Positions 55,505-64,000 of a DNA stretch of 64,000 nucleotides are shown here, piece after piece. Source of the stretch: Octopus vulgaris (lineage: Eukaryota); NCBI GenBank assembly GCA_951406725.2, contig OX597842.1:2976001-3040000 (forward strand), given 5' to 3'. The notes below the pieces were generated by a model. That model had not been told where the DNA came from, did not search any database, and worked only from the letters and a program-made list of their open reading frames with translations. The position numbers and the translations under genes were made by a program. How positions within the stretch are numbered: position 1 is the first letter of the stretch; every line of letters begins with the position of its first letter.

Positions 55505-56307
55505 TTTATTTTATTTTTTTTTTCTTCTTTCAAATTTGCTTCCATTTCTTGCCGAGTGTCTTCCCGACTCCTAGGGCAAAGAAACTCATAGTATACATTG
55601 GTAGGCCATTAAACCAAACTCAGTAGTTCGTTCATTTTTTTTTTTTTTTAAAGTTAAATTAAAATACATGAGCAGCAACAGTTCTCACATCGACAATGCT
55701 CTTCTCAATACGTGTGATGTACCAGTTAAGACAATCTTTTGCACTTCTTGCAGAGATGGTAAGCCAGGGATCATTCTCATATAATTTTCGGTTCCCTTCT
55801 TGATCATTCCTAGTGCTCCTACGATCACTGGTATTGTAACCGCCTTGAGATGCCACATTTTCTCAATTTCAATGAGTAGGTCTTTATATTTTCTGAGCTT
55901 GTCAAACTCTTTCGCTGAGATATTATGATCACAGGGGATGCTCATGTCGATCAATAAGCAAACTTTATTGTTTTGGTCTTTCACAACAATATCTGGTTTA
56001 TTGGCCTTGATGGTTCCGTCTGTATGTACTGGAAAGTCCCACAGAATGGTTACATTTTCTCCTTCAGTTACAGCCTCAGGGTGGTGATTATACCACTTGT
56101 CGGCAGTTTTGATATTGTAATGCCGACTTATTAGCCAGTGGAGATAATGACCAACTCTGTCATGTCTTAATTTATACTCCACTGGTGCTAAGACTTTACA
56201 TCCAGAGATTAGGCGGTCCACTGTTTCAATCATGTCGTTGCAGAATCGGCATTTTGGGTCTGCTCCATTTTTCATCACATTGGCCTGGTAGTTCCGGGTT
56301 AATAGGC

Positions 56308-56309
<2 letters not shown>
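55505..56309 (-). mobile_element. 5'-truncated R4/Dong-like non-LTR retrotransposon with an open RLE endonuclease frame (55685-56278), inserted in (TAA)n
   Basis: CRFCNDMIETVDRLISGC (CCHC knuckle with R in place of H), RHD, ANKPDIVV, LIDMSIP, KLRKY, IPVIVGALG motifs; (ATT)n on both sides. Confidence 0.92.
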
Positions 56310-56370
<61 letters not shown>

Positions 56371-56667
56371 CATCAATAATATTAATACACTAACTTTTTG
56401 TTTTTGTACGTACCTGTTGTGCGCGTCACACTTACATCTTTGAAGTGGCAAAGCGAGAGAGAGGAGGAGAGAGATGAAGTAAGAGAGAAAGAGAGAGAGA
56501 GAGTGAGAGAGAGAGTGAGAGAGAAAGAGAGAGAGAGTGTGTGAAAGAGACAGTGAGTGGTGATGGCATTTGTTTTGTGTTTTTAAATGTTTCAGAAAGC
56601 ACGGGGTTGAGTAGGACTTACTGGAAAATTCCAAGGACGGGAGTGAGTGGGATTTCCTGGAAATTCG

Positions 56668-56925
56668 GGCAGAATAGTTAGCACGCTGGATGAAATGCTT
56701 TGCTATATTTCGCCTGTGTCTGTGTTCTGAGTTCAAATTCCACCAAGGTTGGCTTTGCCTTTCATCGTTTCGGAGTCGGTCAAATAAGTACCAGTTATGC
56801 ACTGGGGTCACTGTATTCGACTTAATCTCTTCCCCCAAATTTCAGGCCTTTTGCCTATAGTAGAAAGGATTATTATTATTACTGAAGGCGGTGAGCTGGC
56901 AGAGTCATTAGCATGCTGGATGAAT
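56668..56925 (+). mobile_element. SINE family B copy plus a second head fragment
   Basis: gttctgagttcaaattccaccaaggttggctttgcctttcatc; ggcggtgagctggcagag at 56887. Confidence 0.8.
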
Positions 56926-57449
56926 GGTCTCAAGACCCGCTGGATGGATTCGGATGTTTGGCCTCATGACTTGCACAAACTGCTCAGATTTTGGAATCGA
57001 TCTGGTTCCAGACAAGAAATCTAGATTATTTTTCCTGCTTTTTAATTCAATTTTGAGAGCGGTCGGATTCATTTTTAGTATTCTCATTTCTGAGAGCAGT
57101 CGAGTTTATTTCAGATATTCTTATTTTAAAAACCATCATTGAGAGGACGTTGGTGTTGCCTTGGTGGGGGTTTGCACTTTCTGAGTACCCTTGTTATTAT
57201 CATTATTGTAACCAGATGTCATTATTGATTATTTGGTATTTACTCAGCAGAGTGCACATAGCTGAGTCAGCCTCCTCATCCTTTGATATCCTGTTCTATT
57301 TCAGTTGTGGTTCTTCTAAAGAATATACTAAAACATGACCAATAATGTGTGCTCAATAATATCAATCCTGATCAATCTAACTGTACTACTGATCTCGATC
57401 AAAAAGAAGGTCAGCAAATTCAATAAATTTGTTTATCCTTTAATTGCTT

Positions 57450-57606
57450 CACTTATTAGACTGTGGCCATGCTGGGGCACCGCCTTAAAGAATACTTATT
57501 CTATTGATGTATTCCCCAAAGCGCTAAGTTATGAGGATGTAACCACAGTAACACCATTTGCCAACCGGTTGTTGGAGAGGAGGACAGACACAGACACAAG
57601 TACACA

Positions 57607-57657
<51 letters not shown>

Positions 57658-58192
57658 ATATATATTATGGGCTTCTTTTTTAGTTTCCGTCTACCAAATC
57701 AAATCACGAAGCTTTAGTTGGCCGGAGTTTATACGAGAAGATACTTACCCAAGGTGCCACGCAGAGGGACTGAATCTGGAACCATGTGGTTGAGAAGCAA
57801 ACCTCTAACCCCCCACACTTGTGCCTATATATAGAAATGGCTGTGTGGTATGGAGGGGAACTTACTTACCAACCCCATGGTTCTGGGTTCAGTCCCACTG
57901 CGTGGCAACTTGGGCAAGTGTCTTCTACTATAACCTCAAGTCGACCAAAGCTTTGTGGGTGGATTTAGTAGACAGAAACTGAAAGAAGACCGTTGTATAT
58001 GTGTGTGTGTTTGGGTGTCTGTGTTTGTCCCCCCACTATCGCTTCACAACTGATTTTGGTGTGTTCACGTCCCCATAACTTACCGGTTCAGCAAAAGAAA
58101 CCGATAGAATAAGTAGTAGGCTTAAAAAGAATAAGTCTTGGGTTCGATTTGGCCGCTGTCAAATGACGGAAAAAATAAGAGAATAAAAGAAT
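57450..58192. mobile_element. Head-to-head pair of diverged SINE family A copies (57450-57825 minus, 57830-58192 plus)
   Basis: Family A blocks in opposite orientations meet at a short TA run. Confidence 0.82.
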
Positions 58193-58208
58193 ATATATCC
58201 ATATAAAA

Positions 58209-58267
<59 letters not shown>

Positions 58268-58297
58268 CATACATATACATATATACATACACATACA

Positions 58298-59597
58298 CAG
58301 GGTACGAAGGGTAAATTGTCGCCATTTTATATTTTCAATTTCGCGCATGGCATTGTTTGCTTTTGATTTCGTCGACTACACAGTATAACGGAGTTAGTTG
58401 GGCACCGTCTGTGAGACAAACAGCACCATGAAGCAATTCACTCTGCCAGAAATTTGGAAACGACATGCTGTAGTGCTTGGCATTCGCGTCGGAAGTTCCA
58501 ATACACACATTTCATAGTGTTTGGCTGTCAATCTAAGGACAGTGCAGAGGATTCGGAAAGAGTTGGATGAGTCTAATGGTGATTACGAAGGTACAGTAGC
58601 TCGGAAAACACATTTTGATCGCTCGGAGAAGAAAAGAACTCCTGAATTTGCTGGTGAGATCCAGGGCACGATTGACAATCAACCCTCCGAGTCAAGGAGG
58701 TCCATCCCCAGGGACATAGGTGTGTCTGAGCTTCTTATCAGGCAGGTAGTGCATGAAGACATTCGGCATTCCTCATACAAGATGAGAAAGGGAAAATTTT
58801 ATACCAAACCATCAAGGACAAGAGGAAAGAACGTGCTACGAAGCTTTTGAACAAACTCAAGCATCCACTCCAACCAAATATGCTTTGGTTTTTCTCAGAG
58901 GAGAAAAATTTCTGCCAGGTTCAGATGGTAAACACACAGAACAACCGCCGGCTTGCTGTGTCCCCAAAACATGTTCTGAGAATGAAAAAAATCAAACATC
59001 CAGTCAACATCATGGTGTTTGGAGTGATCACCAGTGATGGCGACATTATGCTTCCATTCATCTTCCCATATGGCCTCACACTCAATACAGAGGCCTACAT
59101 CAAGTGCTTGGAGGAGATAATGTAGCCCTGGTTCAAGAGGGTGGCTACTGGAAGACCCTATGTCTGGCAACATGACTCTGCACCATGCTACACAAGCAGG
59201 AGAAGTCAGTCATGGCTGTCGGACAATTTCTGCAACAACATTATCCCTAACATCTGTCCACCTAACTCCTTAGACTGCCACGCACTTGATTATTATATGT
59301 ACGGCACAATTGAGCGAGAAACCAACAAAACTCCTTGTAATACCAAAGATGAACTAAAGGTTAGGATCATGGCAGCATTCGCCAACTTAAAGAAGGAGAT
59401 CATCCAGAAGAGTTGCAAGAGATTCCGAAGTCGTCTGGAGGCCATGGTTGTAGCCAATGGCGATCTTATTGAATAAATTTACTCTTTACTATTTCAAGGC
59501 ATTTTTATGTAATTTTGATAAATACATCTATTAAAATGAGATGTCAGTATTATTTTCATTTTTGCGTAATTTAGATTTCTATATACACCGCGCCCTG
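58298..59597 (+). mobile_element. Near-full-length maT-type (DD37D) Tc1/mariner transposon; pseudogenised transposase 58428-59476
   Basis: Ends caggg...ccctg; WFFSEEKNF, IMVFGVITSDG, WQHDSAPCY...PPNSLDCHALDYY with 37 residues between the last two Asp; stops and a frameshift are present. Confidence 0.92.
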
Positions 59598-59674
59598 TGT
59601 TTATATATATAAATATATGTATATATATACTTGCGAAGGCTTGGCAAGTATCACCGATGGCGGGGACACGCTAC

Positions 59675-59720
59675 CCTGGACTGATGACGGGCATGACCCA
59701 GAAACATGCATGTTTTCAGG
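59675..59720 (+). ncRNA. Compact type I hammerhead ribozyme candidate in a TA-flanked ~315-bp element (59630-59945)
   Basis: cctgga-CTGATGA-c ggg catga ccc a-GAAA-catgcatg-TT-ttcagg: 6-bp stem I, 3-bp stem II with a C-A closing mismatch, palindromic stem III ACATGCATGT; predicted cleavage after U59714. Confidence 0.75.
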
Positions 59721-59962
59721 TTGCTAGTCCTAGCTGGTGGGGGTGCTTGCCTTCCCTTTGCAAATATAAGGACACAGGAAATGTGTCAAAGCCGACAGGA
59801 AGCGTCGATGCTTCCTAGGGCTATATAGCGGTGTGTAATTCCCTCTACGGGACTATCACGTTATGTTGACTTTATACAACCACTCTATCCATACAACCAC
59901 AATTGCTCATGTCTCTTTGAGACATTTAGAAATTCAATATTTCTAATATATATATATATGCC

Positions 59963-60250
59963 TATAAATTTGACATGGGCGATTCTTTCTTCTCTTGGGA
60001 TTCACGGTCAAACGGCTGGGTGGAATTGCGCGAAAAATTACACAGAGATGTAGAATGATGCGGTGGTGATGCTGGGCTATGTATTTTTTCATAGCTCCTA
60101 TGATTACCGAGATAATCTACTATAATAATACTCTGTTATATATGAATGAGAAAGGAAAGGGTGATAGATGAATAAGGATGGAAGGGATGATGTCATACTT
60201 GATAGTGTACGCTGAAAAAATAAATCAAACAGCGTTTCAACTCTGTGTGA
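59963..60250 (+). mobile_element. Partial copy of the second Helitron family
   Basis: tataaatttgacatgggcgattctttctt...aaataaatcaaacagcgtttca is the reverse complement of 45300-45598. Confidence 0.8.
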
Positions 60251-60399
60251 ATATATGTCTGTGTGTATGTAAAAAGGGTATGTGAAGGTGTGTGTGTGTG
60301 AGACAGGTGTGTGTTGACAACTGGAAGAGTTACTCACTGTAGAAAATTTACGACCCATGATATAAGCATGGAAGTCTGATACTGGAGGAATATTACATT

Positions 60400-61500
60400 T
60401 TGTAGGAAAGAGGTAAGTGTTAGTGACAGGAAAGGCATCAGGCTATAGAAAGTTTGCCTCAATAAATTACGTTTGAACCATGCAAAATTGGAAAAGTCTG
60501 GTTCTGGAGAAATATTACCTTGGTTGAATCAGAAGTGGGCTGGCAGCTGGAAGGGCATCCAGCTATAGAGAATCTGCCTCACCATATTACGTCCAGCCCA
60601 TGCAAGTATGGAAAAGTCACTGAAGGCGGCGAGCAGGCAGAATCGTTAGGACTCCGGGCGAAGTGCTTAGCCGTATTTCGTCTGCCGCAACGTTCTGAGT
60701 TCAAATTCTGCCGAGGTCGACTCTGCCTTTCATCCTTTGGGGGTCGATTAAATAAGTACCAGTTACGCACTGGGGTTCATGTAATCGACTTAATCCGTTT
60801 ATCTGTCCTTGTTTGTCCCCTCTATGTTTAGCCCCTTGTGGGTAGTAAAGAAGTAGGTATTTCGTCTGACGTAACGTTCTGAGTTCAAATTCTGCCGAGG
60901 TCGACTTTGCCTATCATCCTTTCGGGGTCGATAAATTAAGTACCAGTGAAATACTGAGGTCGATGTAATCGACTTAGTCCCTTTGTCTGCCCTTGTTTAT
61001 CCCCTCTGTGTGTAGCCCCTTGTGGGTAGTAAAGAAATAAGTATTTCGTTTGCCGCTTCGTTCTGTGTTCAAATTCTGCTGAGGTCTACTTTGCCTTTCA
61101 TCCTTTCGGGGTCGATTAAATAAGTACCAGTTACACACTGGGGTCGATGTAATCGACTTAATTCCTTTGTCTGTCCTTGTTTGTCCCCTCTATGTGTAGC
61201 CCCTTGTGGGTAGTGAAGAGATAAGTATTGAAAAGTCACCATTAGACGGCGATGATGGAAGAGAAGAGAAATAAAATCGCTACATCAGGAAAGGCATCAA
61301 GCTGCAGAAAATCTCCCTTAACAAATTCCACCCGACCCATGCAATCATAGAAGAGTCTAGCCCTGGAGAAATATTAACTTGATTGAAACAGGTGAGGGTT
61401 GGCAACAGGGAAGGCGTCCGCTTATAAAAATTCTGCCTCCATAAATTCTGTCCGTTCCTTGCAAGCATGGAAAAGTCAACGTACGACGATGATGATGAGA
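60400..61500 (+). mobile_element. Cluster of RTE-type 3' tail fragments hosting a SINE B trimer
   Basis: Repeated ggaa(a/g)ggcatc-agct-tagaaa...ccatgcaagcatggaaaagt...gatgatg units at about 60425, 60545, 61285 and 61400. Confidence 0.65.
60624..61223 (+). mobile_element. SINE family B with a triplicated ~183-bp body, one head and one TSD
   Basis: Units restart at gtatttcgt (60673, 60858, 61041); TSD agtat(g/t)gaaaagtcac at 60605-60620 and 61224-61239. Confidence 0.9.
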
Positions 61501-61939
61501 AAAACCTGAAATACAAGCTTTGCATATTTTTCTCATGGCAGAGCGACCTTCTTACATAAACGGACATAAACAAAGCAAAAAGAAGAGAAAAAAAGCACAA
61601 CGGATAAGAAAAAAGTATATGATATACAAAAAAAAAAAATATCCGCCATTATGAAGACAAATATATTTTTCCCGTGACATTAACCTGTAACGAACCATGG
61701 TCTATAATTATAACGATGTAGCGAGGTATGATCATAGCATAAACTGCCTAGTCAATATAACCTGTAACGATATGAAAGCCAAACACAAACACCACACACA
61801 TACAAACATACATGTAGGGTTTTGTTCGGAATATCTGTATCTATTTTGTCTGTGCGTCTACTTCTGTGCAAGTAAGTCACGAATATATGTGTGTGTGTAT
61901 ATCTGTAAATAAATCTGCTTGTAATACAATAGGATCAAC

Positions 61940-62088
61940 TACGTATTTATATATGTATCAATGAACACAAAGGAATATAATGTATATATATGCATGCATA
62001 TATGTGTTTGTGCGCGCATATATATATATATATATATATGTAGATGTGTGTGTGTGTACATGAAAACGTAAACACACACATCTAAGGA

Positions 62089-62134
<46 letters not shown>

Positions 62135-62165
62135 TACGTAAGCATATATATATGTATGTATGCAA

Positions 62166-62227
<62 letters not shown>

Positions 62228-62978
62228 ATATGTTATGTATGCATACACACAGTCATGAATAGAAATGCATCCAAATTTAGATTCTGAATGATATATATAT
62301 CAACATGCACACACACACACAGTCACATATGTATGTACACACACACATACATACATATATATATATATACATATATATATATACATATATATATATAGAC
62401 ATACATGCATACATATATATTATATATATAAATATATATAGCCATACATGCATACATACATACATACATACATATATATATATATATACACACGTATATA
62501 TATATATAACTATATGCATAGTAAACAAGGATGCGTGTTACCCCTTTTCACCCATTTCTGCACAAATCCCGCCTCGCCCACCACCACTAGCACCACCGCT
62601 ATTCCTTACCCTCACCGCAAACCCACCCAGCCGCCCCTATCCACCACCTCATCCCGTACCCTTCATCAAAAGAAACATTATTTAGCAAAACTACATAAAT
62701 AAACAAATAAATAAATCAGCCACGGTTGGTGTTGTTGTTTATGCGAATGCTGGATGGAACTGGTGGGCATCGGCAGGTTCTGCTGAGTCAGAACCCAACC
62801 AAAGATGGCCGCAACAATTTGATTCCTCAGCAATCAATGATGGCTTGTGTGTGCGGTGTGTGTGTATGTCTGTGTGTATATATGTGTGTATATGTGTGTG
62901 TGTATATATATGTATATATATATATGTATATACATATGTATGTATGTATATTTATATGTACGTATATATATTGATATG

Positions 62979-63009
<31 letters not shown>

Positions 63010-63103
63010 TTATATGTATATATATGCAGATATATATATATATGTATATATATATATTGCTTGTATGTATATATACATATAGATATATGCATATATATAT
63101 GTG

Positions 63104-63138
<35 letters not shown>

Positions 63139-63350
63139 CACATATATACATATAGATATAAATATGTCTATATATTTATATATATGCATATTCATATAGA
63201 TATATATCTGTATGCATGTATATGCATATGTATATATATATATACATACATTTATACATATATATATATATATATACATACGCATATAAATACAGACACA
63301 CAAATATACGTATATATACGCATCATATATCTATGTGTGTGTGTATGTGT
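61940..63350. repeat. (TA)n/(TACA)n/(TG)n microsatellite field around a unique island (62520-62845)
   Basis: Direct reading. Confidence 0.9.
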
Positions 63351-63556
63351 GTATGTTCATACGCTGTGTGGAAATCACCCCGTAAGACTGTAAAGGTCGA
63401 TATTCTATAGAAAGAATCAATACGCAGTTCCTGGTTTTTCGTGTGACTTGCTCCAATGGTTCTTCATGTAATTAGCTTTGCTTGTACTGAAGCATTATGG
63501 GTAAAACTTGTTTTTCTTTCCCCAGTTCTGTGTCTTCTGAATGTTTGATGTTTTCC

Positions 63557-63940
<384 letters not shown>

Positions 63941-64000
63941 GTCTCTGTCTCTATCTATCTAGCTATCCGTGTGTGTGTAGTTGTAGATACATATGCATAT

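Noticed and set aside
55685-56278. 197-aa ORF as a host nuclease gene
   Set aside because: It is the truncated C-terminus of a non-LTR retrotransposon, with no promoter or N-terminus.
56926-57200. Possible further LINE 3' UTR remnant
   Set aside because: No coding motif or second copy in the window to support it.

Overview
Repeat-saturated, AT-rich eukaryotic non-coding DNA (intergenic or a large intron). The SINE families and microsatellite style suggest an octopus/coleoid cephalopod genome; this is an inference, not a database result. No host protein-coding gene is supported, and most ORFs in the track are translations of microsatellites. Recognisable content: about 30 copies or fragments of four to five tRNA-derived SINE families; decayed Tc1/mariner transposons (DD41D-like, DD34E-like, DD37D); MITEs; two non-autonomous Helitron families; RTE-clade and RLE-type (R4/Dong-like) LINE fragments; a ~158-bp satellite; and very long simple repeats. 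The most interesting signal is a dispersed set of 8-10 minimal type I hammerhead-ribozyme motifs of different sequence, on both strands, in short elements mostly lodged in (TA)n tracts, alongside several fold-back palindromes. This resembles Penelope-like or retrozyme-type non-autonomous RNA elements. The motifs at 44841-44946 and 59675-59720 retain the full catalytic core. Coordinates were counted by eye, so repeat boundaries are approximate.
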